Source of the DNA: Octopus sinensis
Lineage: Eukaryota
Assembly (NCBI RefSeq): GCF_006345805.1
Contig: NC_043008.1
Span: forward strand, 75,578,001 to 75,642,000
Length of the DNA stretch: 64,000 nucleotides
Direction of reading: 5' to 3'
Of the stretch, positions 24,318 to 37,930 are shown in pieces. How positions within the stretch are numbered: position 1 is the stretch's first letter; each line of letters starts with the position of its first letter. Made by a program: the position numbers and the translations under genes. The notes under the pieces were generated by a model that did no database searches, had not been told where the DNA came from, and saw nothing but the letters and a program-made list of their open reading frames with translations.

Positions 24318-25760
24318 TGACGGTCTTATAGTCAGCGGTGACTTAAACGTCCATGAATTAGATAGACTTAGGAAGAATATTGCTTTCTTACAAAAAATGG
24401 CCTTACAGATAACGATAGAGAGTAACCTTAATAATGTAGTTTTTGTTTTTAGATATTAACTTAGATCTGCAATTAGATAAATTAAAAACCTACCGTACAC
24501 TCAATGAAAAGCTATTTTATATTAACAAAGTGTCAAATTACCCACCTGTAATTCTTAAGAGTCTAGTTAGTAATATATAGGAAGGCGCATATCATCCATA
24601 TCTTCAGAGGAGATAGCGTACCAAACTGCTGCGCTGTGTTTTACTATTGAACTAGCAGTATCGCCCGGCGTTGCTCAGGTTTGTAAGGGAAATAACTATA
24701 AAGCATTTTTAGAGAGTTATAGCCAAATAATAGCAAAAAAATGGAAAAAAAATTATGGTAAATTTTTTTTTGAGGGATAAAAAAGGTGGAGTTGCGTCCC
24801 CTAGACGGTCTGTGGTTTGGGTTTCAGATTCTCGACCCCATGTCGAATTTATCGATCTTTTTCAGAACTGGGGGAACTTTTCAAAATTTTCGCTGCGTTA
24901 GTTTTGAATTATGACATTGGGCTATGTGTGTGTCAAGTTTCATCAGAATCGGTTGAAAGCCGTGGTCAGAGTGAGGGTACGAGAAAACAGACACACAGAA
25001 GACGCACAGACAAACTGCCGTTTATATAGAGAGAGATTAAGGAACAGTGGATTCTCAGAGAAGATTTAGTATAGTCAAACTACTTGTAGCAATAATAGAA
25101 CACGTACAACTACAAGTAAGAAAGTTTTGTGGCTTAATCCGGTATTTAACAATGACGTTAAAGCAAATTTAGGTTGGGAATTCTTAAAACTAGTTTCTAA
25201 GCATTTTCAAGCTAGCCATAATTTCTATATTTTTAATAGGAGAACGCTGAAAGTTAGTTATTCTTGTTGCAAAGACTTTTCCCGCAACCACAGTGCCGAA
25301 TTTAACCAGAAGAATTACAATTTCGAAGATTAGAGTTGCTGTTCATTAGGAGGAAAATGTTTTGAGAAAGGAATAGTTTATGGAGCTAAAGAACATATAC
25401 ATGTCTCACAAGAATACAAAACATATACAGAAACTTCGGAAAATCCTTGAAGCCTAGGTTTTATTCCCACCAAATTTCTTTTCGATATCCTGAAAATAGG
25501 ACAGCAAGTCTTGCAAAACATGTTTGGCAATTGAAAGAAAATGATGCTCATCAGCTGGACGATTTTGGAGAAGGCAGAAACATATAAACATTGAGCATAT
25601 AAACGACTAATGAGATGCAATTTGTGCCTCACTAACAAAATTTCGTCCAGTTCCAGGATAAACATGTATTGAACAAAACACGTGAGTTTTTTAATTCTTA
25701 CTGGCCCGCTATGAGGTTCAAAATGTCAAATGAAAAAATATTATATGTGTAACTTATTTT
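24318..25760 (+). mobile_element. Decayed Naiad-like PLE (RT C-terminus plus GIY-YIG), split by a Helitron
   Basis: DGLIVSG, GRRISSISSEE, RNSGFSEK, WLNPVFN and IVYGA-YT motifs; colinear with the reverse complement of 17790-18850. Confidence 0.8.
24652..25036 (-). mobile_element. Non-autonomous Helitron (385 bp)
   Basis: Minus strand begins TC after A and ends CTAG before T; subterminal GC-rich hairpin; no TSD; removal restores host PLE sequence GAATTAAGGAACAGTGG. Confidence 0.85.
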
Positions 25761-26129
25761 TACCTTCCGCATTTGAATTTGGTTTTTACACCTAAAATAT
25801 AGATATCCTTTAGTAGTACAATGATGTTATATAGTTTGCCTTCATATTTTACATACGACATTCAAGAAAGCCTTCAGCTGTTTTGCAAATATAAATTTAA
25901 ATTTTGCCAAGTTAAAATAATTTTATTCATTTTCATATTTAAATTGAAAATTTTAAATTTAAATATTTTTAATTTATATTTTTCTAATTTATATTACACC
26001 TAATTATATTATATTAATTTATTGTACAATTTTAATAATCAATACGCCAGACAGTTTTTAATATATTTGTATTCGTATATACGTTATTGTGTATATATGT
26101 ATCTTGGTGTGAATATATGCATGTATGTG

Positions 26130-26188
<59 letters not shown>

Positions 26189-26530
26189 AGTGTGTGTGTG
26201 TGTTTATTTGTATATTTGTATGCGTGTCTACATGTGTGTTACTATTGTATATATATATATATATGTATTTATGTAGATATGCATGTCTTTTGTAAGCTTA
26301 CAGAAGTATCTAACATTTTTTAGATATTGTTTGGGAATGCCAACTTCTAAATCATTTCTCTGTAAATATATATCTGCTTTTTCTCATTGTATTTTCTCTT
26401 TCGGTTACGTTTTCCTTTCTCCCAGCACTTTTCTTCTTTTCATTTCTCCACAAAGTTTAACGTTTAGAAATGCGCACGAAGACCCATTATGTGTGTATAT
26501 ATATGTACGTAGATACGTATATATACATTA

Positions 26531-26586
<56 letters not shown>

Positions 26587-26632
26587 ATTGCTGGATAGAA
26601 ATATAGATATATATATATATATATATATATAG

Positions 26633-26665
<33 letters not shown>

Positions 26666-26677
26666 ATATATATAATA

Positions 26678-26754
<77 letters not shown>

Positions 26755-27312
26755 TTATATAGCCTGTATTTGGTTGTATATGTATGTAGGCATGTATCAT
26801 CTGTTGTATGTTTAGTGCATATATGTATGTGTATGTATCAGTAAATGTATATGCATTTTTATGATCTTAGCTCTTTCCAAGTGAATATTTTTATTGTAAA
26901 CAGACATAAATCTTTATTCACTTTACTATTGTTTAATTTATCTTGGGAATACAAATTTTTCCCCTTCTACTATAGCTAATTTTTGACTCAAGGCTTTCTT
27001 AGATTTTAAATAATATAATTTTAAATCGTAATTTAATTTCATATAACCGGTTATTGAAAAAACCGTTAGTTGAAAGGGCCAACGAAACAAATTTCAAATA
27101 TGTATCTATCAACGTAATTATATATTTAAAACATATAACGGTATTTTAATTCCATTCTCAACAAAAATTGTCCAACGAACAGAAACGTGAAACTCTGAGT
27201 AACAGTTTTGTGATGTCTTTGCAGTTTTATTAATAATATACATATAAGTGTACGTATGCATGTATGCATATATATATATGTGTGTGTGTGTGTTTGTGTA
27301 TGTATGTATATG

Positions 27313-27347
<35 letters not shown>

Positions 27348-28022
27348 ATGTGTATGTGTGTGTGTGTATATGTGTGTGTGTTGTCATAAGAATTTATTAA
27401 CATAGAGAAAGAGGAATAATTCTTTTTTGCCATGGGAAATTTCAGGCGAACAAATCTGTACACAATAGCGAGTAATATTGGTTTAAAACCTATTTCGACT
27501 GAATAAGTCGACATCTGCCTTATATTCGCCTTTCTTAAACATGATTATATGTACATACGTATATGTTTGTGGGTGGGTGTTCTGTCTGTGTATATACATA
27601 TATATGCGAGTGTTTGAATTAGTGTACGTTCGCTAGTGTGTTTTTGTGTTCTTGTTTCTAGTTAAGGTATTGAGACATACATTGAAATGTATTACTTGCA
27701 TTCAACAATAGCTTGCTATTTTGACAACTATTGTTTAACAAAATTCTTTGATATCTGATTCCTGTTCTGCATCTTTAAATCTCTTTCAGATATGTATTAA
27801 TTGCCCAAAAACTTACGTGCAAAATCGGAAACTTGGGCGTTGACAATCTAAATCAATAAAAGATACGAATTAGTGCAGTTTGTAACGAGGATATTGAACT
27901 CCAACATATTTAGAGGAGAAACTATTTCCATATGTTCGTGTGTGTGTGTATGTACGTACACGCACATACATACATATACACATACATACATATATATATA
28001 TTAAATAATATATACATACATA

Positions 28023-28258
28023 GGCGCAGGAGTGGCTGTGTGGTAAGTAGCTTGCTAACCAACCACGTGGTTCCGGGTTCAGTCATTGCTTGACAACCTA
28101 TGCTGGTGTGTTTATGTCCCCGTCACTTAGCGGTTCGGCAAAAGAGACTGATAGAATAAGTACTGGACTTACAAAGAATAAGTCCTGCGGACGATTTGCT
28201 CGACTAAAGGCGGTGCTCCAGCATGGCCGCAGTAAAATGACTGAAACAAGTAAAAAGA
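28023..28258 (+). mobile_element. OR2-like SINE with an internal deletion
   Basis: Head GGCGCAGGAGTGGCTGTGTGGTAAG; tail CAGCATGGCCGCAGT..ACTGAAACAAGTAAAA. Confidence 0.85.
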
Positions 28259-28286
28259 ATACATAGATACACACACATATATATAG

Positions 28287-28317
<31 letters not shown>

Positions 28318-28699
28318 AAATGAAATGACACAACAAAACGAAGGCAGTGTGAAATTTAACAAGAGGGAAATAGTAGAATTCAACATAAGGAACATAAGGA
28401 ATTATTTGGGAATAGGATGGATATATGAAGTACAAAGAGAAAGTTCCATTATCGAAGGAAATTGCTGTGTAGAATGGATACAAATGTTTCTTGTCAATTT
28501 CCGAGAAGAGTTCATATTTTGTTAATATCAGTGAATAGTGTGGAGACATAAATGTGCTGTTCAAAGGTGTCTCGTGGTGTGAATGAAATTTTGAGAGTGT
28601 ACTGGTAGAGGTAAGTAGATACTTACCCCTACCAGTACACTCTTAAAATATAAATGTCCACCTAATCTATGTCGATCCAGCCTCTGAAAAACCTGCAAG

Positions 28700-29400
28700 T
28701 ATTAGCAGTTAACCTAATCGAAAAGTTTCATTTGATGCAATCTGTTCAGGGCCCTACCCATACGAGCTTCCTTACCTACCCATTCTATGTTATAATGCAT
28801 GTGGTGGAGTTTGTGCAGGAGGAATATGTTTGAGGTAACACATGTCTGTGTGTTACCGACCCCTCTGTCAACGACAAGCGGCAACATCTTGGCTAACGCC
28901 TTGCTCAAAGCTTTGTAATCTGCGTTTAGCAGAGTTATGGGCCTAAAATTCTCTATTTGGTCACCCTTGTACGGGTCCTTTCTCAGCAACACCACCAGGC
29001 CACTGTTCATAGCATTGGAAGTTCTTCTGTTCTGTTTCCAATTGCGGTCGATGTCACCTTGATCAAGTCTAGCATATAAATATGAAGCTCGAAATACAAA
29101 ACATCTAGACCCGGAGACTTTTTAAGTCTCCCTTTTGTAACTAGTCATTAATTTACGTTTGCCTTCGACTGTTATTGGCATTTAATCGATTCTCGCATCC
29201 GTAGTCGAAAGGCGAGGCATACCTTGAGGTATACGATGAAATCACCTTCTGTTTCCAACCCACCGCACGCTCCGTATAGGTCGGCAAAGTGTTGCTGAAA
29301 TTTTGTGTGGATTCTGGCAACAAATTTGTTGCAACGTTGCGCCTACGGCACCCGGATGCATAGAGCAGTGCATCTCAAACTATCTGATGTGGCGTACTGG
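28700..29400 (-). mobile_element. Tx1/L1-type LINE ORF2 fragment (RT N-terminus)
   Basis: QQHFADLY, SPGLD and GLVVLLRKDPYKGDQIENFRPITLLNADYKAL motifs. Confidence 0.8.
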
Positions 29401-29649
29401 CAGTTTTTTTCCAATGTGTCTGGGACCGGCAATATTTCTTAGTAATATTAATTTATACAAGAAACAATATCTATAATAAATATGATAAAAATTGGCAATT
29501 TTAATTTTATCTTATATTTATTTTGCAAACAAATAATACAGAATGACATAAGCATTTAACAATGTTTCTTTTCTGGAAATTCGCAGCGTACCGGCAGCTA
29601 ATGGCTTGCGGACCGGCACCGATCCGCGGACCACCAATTTGAGTAGCAC
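29401..29649. mobile_element. Possible hAT (Charlie-like) MITE
   Basis: Right end reverse complement CAGTGCTACTCAAATTGGTGGTCCGCGG; degenerate left end CAGTTTTTTTCCAATGTGTCTGGGACC; no clean TSD. Confidence 0.4.
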
Positions 29650-30283
29650 TGGTATAGAGCGTCTTTCAGTCCCTATTCTCTTAGAGCATGCATCGTAACT
29701 TTCGGAACACAACGACCGCGCTTGGCAATAGGAAAACTGTTTTGGAACCAAATCTGGCCGTCGCTACGTCGGTTGCAACCGTTTTCCCTCTGTCACCCAC
29801 TAATCTAGATTCCTCTAACGCTATTTCACAGATTTGTAGTCTGTATAGTCATAGACTTTGAATTCTTGACAGCGTATTCTATTTCCATCTACTGACGTAC
29901 AGAATACTCTATATAAATACAATCTGGATGACCCAATGCTGTTTGCCCGTGTCAACATCAGTGCATTCTGCAAATCTAGTCGGTACTTGCCATTTTGTTG
30001 GAAGCGATCGAGCATGTTTCTGGGGCTTTTACACCCCAATTCACCTATCGGCTGTCCACGTACGGTCTAGTCGTTTATCCAAAATTGCTTTCGGACTAAA
30101 GAACGAAACGTCGCAAGGAAAACCTCCTTATGTACATATATACATATATATAGTTACGTACATGCACAGATGAATGCATGCATACATGATAGCATATTAA
30201 TATATATACACATACACACATATTTACATATGAACATTCATATATTTGTGTGTGTATATATATGTATATATATATATATTTAT

Positions 30284-30326
<43 letters not shown>

Positions 30327-32497
30327 ACATATATACATATAATCGGAAGAAGGACGCATGTTAGAAAAATAGGTGTTTTCCTCACAAGAAAATAATTTTT
30401 TCTTTATCTTAGATTTTATCAACAATATCTATTTCCTTGCAATTCCTAGATTGTTTAGATTATGCCGAACTAAATTAAAGTAACAATAATTGTTTCTGCT
30501 TTTGATGTTGTCGTCATCGTTCTAGTCGTTCGAGTAGCCATAATGTATGATATCGTTGATCCTTCGAGCAGCCATAATGTATATCGTTTATCCAAAAATG
30601 CGTTTGATCTAAATATTTTTCTGAACTATAAAATGTGGAAGTTTGTTGCTGTAGAATTACAAATCAGTTATGCCCTATTTTTCTCACAACATTTGTTCTT
30701 TCTTTGCATATGAATTTTTTTCTCGGAGTACATATTGTGTTTTGATTATCACTTTCAATTAGAGTAACTTCCATTTCTTAATAACAATGATTACTGCGTT
30801 CAGAATTATGATCGGAGCTATAAGTCTCATGTCGTTTTATCGGTGTCAGATTATTCCTTTGCAGAGAATACTGCTTTTATTAAAAATACAACAGTTTTTT
30901 TTTTCTCGTGGAATAAAGAATAGTAAATTGGTATAGATTTTAATTTCAGAATAATCAAAAAGATGTTAGCCACAAGTCCAAGTAAAAGTAGCAGTCATAT
31001 AAAGTTTCACGTTTATTGTTAATATTTTCAGAAGCGGTATTTTCATTCATTTCATCATAGTAGCGTCAAACAAAACGTAGTGTACCGTGTTAATTCAATC
31101 GAATTTATCCCTTCGTTTACCAAATACTTATATTGATTTCTTATATAGACATAATAGTTGGAAAGGTTTAGGATAGTAAAGAGAAGCTCAGACAAAGAAA
31201 CTAATGCATATTTCAGAAACCTGCTTTTATTTCACCGCGCCAGCTTTCAGAGCTATTTTCACACTTTGCTTTCTTATATCATCACTTTTTGAGAGAACCA
31301 TTATTTCATTATACAGATTAAAACTGAAAAATGGAGTACTACTGTCTAACTTCAGATAAGTTTTATCAACATCAAAACCTAACACAGATTTCCTTTCTTT
31401 TTCAGTATACTTCTGTTAGAAAGAATAAGCGATTGGTATAGTAGTCTAGCTATTCACATGGATATTATTTCCTTTCAAAGTCATACTAAAATTGCTAATT
31501 GTACAAAGAAAAAGAAATAGAAATTTCAGTAACAGTAACCACTACTTCATAGAAATGGTGACAACAATAACATTAGGTTACTGTGGTGGAAGCGTGTCTT
31601 TTTTATAATTTCATTCAAATTAAAGACGCCAGAAAAAAACCAAAAATAATTATAGAAACTTTCATAGAAAATGTTTTCAAAGAAACGTTGTATTTCTATA
31701 TCTGCAGTATATTTTTGAAGTGACTTAATCCATAATACTATAACACATTTTTGACTTCAATTAAAGTATTAGAAATAAATGAAGTTGGAAGTATTGCTTA
31801 TAGTTCATGTGATTAATCTAAATTATTAACATTTAATTCCAGGGATGTGAAGAATTAACACTTATTTTCTTAAATTCTAATGAATTAGAAAAGAAATATT
31901 GATTGTTGAACTTCGTATAATATTGTAAATACAAGCTAAACAAAATATAAAAAAAAACACCATTTAAACAGATATTCAGTGATGATAGAATGCGAATTAT
32001 ATTTTAGTTGAGATTACATGAGACTTTTGAACTTATTTTAGCTCCTAGTTTTCTAAAGAACTCTGCTGATAAGAAGAAAAGGACTGGCATTTGTCTCCAA
32101 TTCTTGGATCCGAATTATTTTTGACCTATGCTAAATACGCGATACAGACTGTATTTAAACACCGATGTGGTATTAGCATCTATTAAGCACTAACTAAAAT
32201 ATTTAACAAAATTATACATTCTTGTGTTGGAGTGCAAACCGAAGACTTCCAATCATTAGAGACGATAAATGTGACAGTTTCCTAAATACATCTGAGAATT
32301 GAATGCTCAGCTCTAATGTGAAAAAACTACGTTTGAGTAGATCTGATTGTTATTTAGTCGCAAGTATGACAAAGCCGTCCGTCCAGGAACATACCACCAT
32401 GTTTTCTGCATAATTATTGTTAGATTACATTAAGCAATATAACATTTCTTTTGGGTAGATAATTGTATTTTAAGAGAGAAGTTTACTGGTATATTTA

Positions 32498-33778
32498 CGA
32501 TGGACGTTCAATAAGTAATGCCTCTGACCCACTTACAGTTGTTTGATCTAGCTGCAATTTTGCACGTGCAATTATTTATATCTCTATGGATCGGATGGCA
32601 AATTACAGCTCTGAACTAATTGTGGTTTCTGATTTACAGGTGTTTGAATTGAGTCAAGTGTGAAATGGAGTCGGTTGAGTCTCGAGCAGTGATCCGGTTT
32701 TTGTATTTGAAAGGACGCACACCACGGGAGACTTTTGATGAAATGAAAGTAACTTATGGTAATGATGCCCCATTATATGACCTTGTAAAACGCTGGCATC
32801 GTGAATTCAAACATGGTAGGAACTCTGTGGAAACAGCTGCCAGATCTGGTCGCCCCCTTCTGCCATTGATGAGGCATCTGTCTGTCATGTTGAGGCTGCC
32901 ATTTTGGAAGATCACCGCATAACTATTCGCCAAATAGCCCATGAAGTCAAGAGTAGTACAGGGTCTTGGAAAGTATCATTCATTACTATTTGCATATGCA
33001 AAAGGTGTCTGCCAGATGGATTCCCAGGTTGCTCACACCTTTCCAGAAGCAAGAACGTGTCGCGTGCTCGAGGATGAATTTGGAGATGTGCCAAGAAGAT
33101 GAGTCAAGATTTTTCAAAAGACTGATTGCACAGGATAAAACCTGGGTCCATCACTATGATCCAGAGATCAAAGCCCAGTCAATGCAGTGGAAGCACCGTG
33201 ACTAACCTCCTCCAAAGAAGGCAAGGGGGCAGCCCTCCGCTGGCAAGGTCATACTCACAGTCTTCTGGGCCCAGGGCGGAGTAGTGATGACAGATTTCCT
33301 GGCAAAGGGTACCACAATTACAAGAGCCTATTATGCTTTACTTTTGAGGAAATTAAGAGAAGTTATCAAAATCAAGAGGCGGGGCAAGATCAGAAAAGGC
33401 ATCCTCCTCCTACAGGACAACGCTCTGATCCACAACTCGCGTGTCGCCAGATCAGAAGCACAGGCGTGCGGCTATGAACTGCTCCACCATCTCTCCTGAC
33501 CTTGCACCCTTTGATTTTCTCCTCTTCCCAGCCATGAAGTTGTTTTTGAAAGGAAAGCATTTCCCAGATGATGCAGTCTTGATTTCTGGAGTCACGTCGT
33601 GATTGGAGGACCAAGCTGGGGTCTTCTACAAAAACGGTCTTCAGAGCTGCATTAAACAATGGGAGAAATGAATAACTCTGGGTGGTTCCTATGTAGAAAA
33701 AGACTAATAACTGCCAAGTTTCGTTGCTCTGCTGGTATGGGAAGTGGGTCAGGAGCATTACTTATTGAACGCCCCTCG
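32498..33778 (+). mobile_element. Full-length mariner (Tc1/mariner) transposon relic, 1281 bp
   Basis: 33-bp TIRs (CGA.GG.CGTTCAATAAGTAATGC..CTGACCC) flanked by TA on both sides. Confidence 0.92.
32665..33707 (+). pseudogene. Mariner transposase pseudogene (D,D34D type)
   Basis: MESVESRAVIRFLYLKG, WIPRLLT, QDKTWVHHY, LQDNA and PDLAPFDF motifs, ending YVEKD*; frameshifts and stops. Confidence 0.9.
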
Positions 33779-34087
33779 TAGCATATCAAACGTCTAAGTC
33801 GGTGCTTACTTAGAATGACTGCATTTTCATAGCAAGCTTCATTATTCTTTCTTTTGTGTAGTTTGAACAAAAATGTACCTCTTAATACTGGCAGCATAAA
33901 CACACTTATGCACTAGACATAACAACTAAGATCCAAATAATATACAATACTATAAAAAGAAGTGAGTTGCTAATGTCTTCAAACAAAATTACACATGTGT
34001 ATTACAATGACTGCAGTTCCTGAGCTGAAGCTCCATTATTATTTCCATTATTATCGTATTATCGTATCCACTATTTTTCCATCATGA

Positions 34088-34405
34088 GGGCGCGTGGCTT
34101 AGTGGTTAGGGCATTCGGCTCATGATCGTAAGGTTGTGAGTTCGATTCCCGGCGACGCGTCGTGTCCTTGAGCAAGACACTTTATTTCACGTTGCTCCAG
34201 TCCACTCAGCTGGCAAAAATGAGTTGTACTTGTATTTCGAAGGGTCAGCCTTGTCACTCTCTGTGTCACGCTGATTATCCCCGAGAACTACGTTAAGGGT
34301 ACACGTGTCTGTGGAATGCTCAGCCATTTGCACGTTAATTTCACGAGCAAGCTGTTCCGTTGATCGTATCAGCTGGGACCCTCGTCGTCGTAACCGGCGG
34401 AGTCT
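34088..34405 (+). mobile_element. tRNA-derived SINE with a CORE-like central segment
   Basis: GGCTTAGTGG (A box), GTTCGATTCC (B box), GTGTCCTTGAGCAAGACACTT central segment. Confidence 0.85.
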
Positions 34406-35078
34406 TTAAAATTTTTCCATCTATTTGTGGATATTATAAATATGGCTTTATTGATAATTAACGAGAGATAAAATAATAATAAAGTAATTACAAATAAGTA
34501 TAGAAAGGTTATACTTGTTAATAGAAATGAAAGATACATAATGAAGAAAAATTAAATAAGTCAGAAATAATAATAGACTCACGAAATTTAGTTATTTTAA
34601 GAAATCAAGACAGGCAGCAACATTTAACAAACCCCTATTGACACTCAAGCATAACAATAACGTACACACACAACTCAGGTGAAACTGAGATACACACACA
34701 CGTATAAATGAATGTGTATATATCTATATGATTGTACGTAGCTGTGGTCTTGTACGTACGCATATATGTATTTATATATCTGCTTGAGATGATGATGACG
34801 TGCATGAGTCTGTGTAAAGGGTCATCTATACGTGTTTTTGCTAAAATATATATGAATATAGATGCGAACAGAAAAAGTGATTAAAATATCTGAGAAGAGA
34901 ATAAGACTCGGCTTTTTATGCTAAGTACCCTGTGGGTAAGTTAAAATATGCTACATTCGTGTCAATCACCTATTTTACAGTGTCGGAAAAGCTACTATTG
35001 TCTGCATAATATGTGTGTGTGTTTATGTGTGTGCGTGTGTAGCGTGTGTGTGTTTCTACATATATATATTTGTGCATG

Positions 35079-35159
<81 letters not shown>

Positions 35160-36018
35160 TTATATGTGTGTATTTGTCCTTGTGTTCGTATGTGTTTTGT
35201 GTTCGCGTATCTGTATGTGTATATGTATGTGTGTAAATACGTATGAATTATTTTTGTTATTGTAGCTATTATTAGTAATAGTAATATTATTTCTGAGTGT
35301 TTCAGGTTTTGAAGAACACAAGAATAATATAACTATAGAAAAATATCCTGGAAACATGACTACAAACATCAAGTTGATCTGCTTGAAAGAATGGCGTATT
35401 TAAACCGCAACTTCAACACGTGGTATGTTAACAGTTGTTCAGATATAACAGAGATTATGAAAATGCTCGATCATTAAATCCAGCATTCTACGAAGAAATA
35501 TCTTTTTTTTTTTTTTATTATTTTAACACATCACTAATTATTTTCTGATTTCTGTGCCTACTACAACCTGGATCAATAAAATGAACACAAATTTCAGTGC
35601 AATCATATATAGCGACCTTAATCTTGTTTTGATATACATAGCCAATTTTATATGACCAAGGAAAAGACATTACTCCTTTTTTTTCCTTAATGTTTCAACG
35701 AATGTTATGTACAATTTTCTAAAATGATATTTTCATTCACACGTTTCAACTGGTTTCTCTGTCTTTTTATAGTCTTTATGTAACCATGTAAATAATGCAT
35801 TTTACCTGGTACACTTTATTATCAATATCATTTAAATTTATTTGTATACAACTTGTTACTAGTAGTAAGTTTGTCACTTGTAATATGGGAAGTAAATTAT
35901 TTACTGAGATTCAATTTAACCTTAGTGGTTATGCGATATATTTCTCATGAATATTATGTCATAGGCGCCAAATATAATGTAAAGGATATCTGATAATGTA
36001 ATTTGAAATGCGTGTCAT

Positions 36019-36064
<46 letters not shown>

Positions 36065-37719
36065 AACGATCTGCAACATCACATCACATAAATTACAGGC
36101 GAGATTTCGAGACCGTGAAACCAACATACACGTTGCAGACGCAGACATTACTGAGTGGATAAGAATTACGCTTTGCAAGCACGAGGTTTGTGTTTCGAAC
36201 TCGAAGTTTGGTAACTGAGTTAAACTGCATTTTACCGCCTTAACACAGATGCGGTTAGTGAGCGAACATGGTTACTAGAAAAAATTTGGAAGTCATCTAA
36301 TGAACTGAATCTGTAAAATAAACGTCAAGTATTCCTACACAATGTATCACACTGATTCTACCTGAAATTACGATATATGTTCAAATTTCTATTAAATACT
36401 AATTCACTTTCAAGTTACTTGAATCAATATATAGTTCTCATTTTTCAAACCAACAGTGAGTCTATCTCTACACACAGATGATCCGAGATTATGCGAAGTT
36501 AAAAAACAAATGCAATCTCGCTTCTTCTCGTATTAAGATGGCAAAGTTGATAAAAACGATTTCTACAAGAAAGAATGTTGCAGATATTCGACTGAAGAGA
36601 AGTCAATATGTTACTGGTATTTGTATCATTAATACAGAGAGATAAAACTTTACTTAATTAACATCAGTGTAAATTAAATTAAGATCATGATGTATAAGTT
36701 GGTTGTAAAAATATTTGTCACACCACTATTTTTATACAAATTATAAATGAGACGTGATGTATTCAAGGAAAACACTTAATATTTATCGATCCGACATCTA
36801 TTATATACCTTTGTATTAATTCTAGTTAGTGTACACTATTTTATACTCTGATTTAAAACACACTCCTCATTTGCAATAAAAATAATCCCGATCACGCTGC
36901 TACTCCGAATATTGAAAGTAAACAACTGTATTAAATAGAATGACTTGAGCGTCATGTTATGTGTTCATTTTACAATGTAATCACGACAGAAAGAATGCTA
37001 GGGATAACAACGGGTGAGTTTGGAACTAAAATGTAATGGCATCAACTTAATCCTGTGAGTTATTTAATCAGACACTTCTACTTTTGGCATGTGATATTTT
37101 GGAGTTATGATAAAATCATAAAATAGAATATTTGTCTCAAATGCATTATCGTCTATTTAATTTAATATTTCTGCATTATTTCTAACAGAATATGCATAAA
37201 CAGCAGTCATTTCATTTACAAGTACAGTGCATAAAACTACACAAAATTAGAAAATTCGTATGACTTTTTGAAATCTTGAGTAAGGAAATAGTAAAGTTTA
37301 TCCAGCTTTGAATTTGAACCCAATCTTTCTTCATATCAGTTCAAAAATTATGGTTTGCTTGGCATTCTGTAGGGGGCTTGTATCGAAAGAATTAAGAACT
37401 TGGCAGGACAAATATAAGGATTAATTCACCGGGAATTGCATAAGGGGTGTAATTTTAATGATGACACGATATTTAGAAATCAGAGATAAGTCATTGAATT
37501 ACTGATATTTTGAGGTAAGTAGTGGGTGCTTATTTTGAAAGGGAATAATCCAGTTCGCTAATCGGATGACTGAAATAAACGTTAATTAGCTGAGATTGAA
37601 GCAAGATTATAACTAATGAACTGAGGCTAAATCATCAAAATATTTAATTCAAGTTCATTTTATTATCGAGATTCAATTCAATGAATTCAGTGATAACCAG
37701 TCACAGTATATCGAATTAC

Positions 37720-37930
37720 AGTGATAATATGATGTTGACGACGCCGGCGACGACAGCGAAGACGATGATGATGATGGTCGTAGTGGTGTTAGTGATGGTA
37801 TTGGTGGTGGTGGTGGTGGTGGTGGTGGTGATGATGATGATGATGATGATGAGGATGATGCTGATGTTAGTCACGATTAAAATCGTAGTTATCTGCATAG
37901 TAATTTCCATTATTATTAACAGCAGTAGCA
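37720..37930. repeat. (GAT)/(GGT) low-complexity repeat
   Basis: Directly visible. Confidence 0.85.

Noticed and set aside
28700-29400. Idea that this RT fragment and the 390-3300 relic are one split LINE
   Set aside because: On the minus strand the RT piece lies upstream of ORF1/EN, the wrong order, so they are treated as separate copies.
34088-34160. tRNA-like sequences here and at 5090, 23920, 28023 and 43427
   Set aside because: They run directly into SINE bodies and lack a complete acceptor stem, so they are SINE heads rather than tRNA genes.
36537-36615. Possible short host exon (AG|ATGGCAAAG...ACTG|GT)
   Set aside because: Splice-like dinucleotides are common in AT-rich DNA; no recognisable peptide or partner exons.
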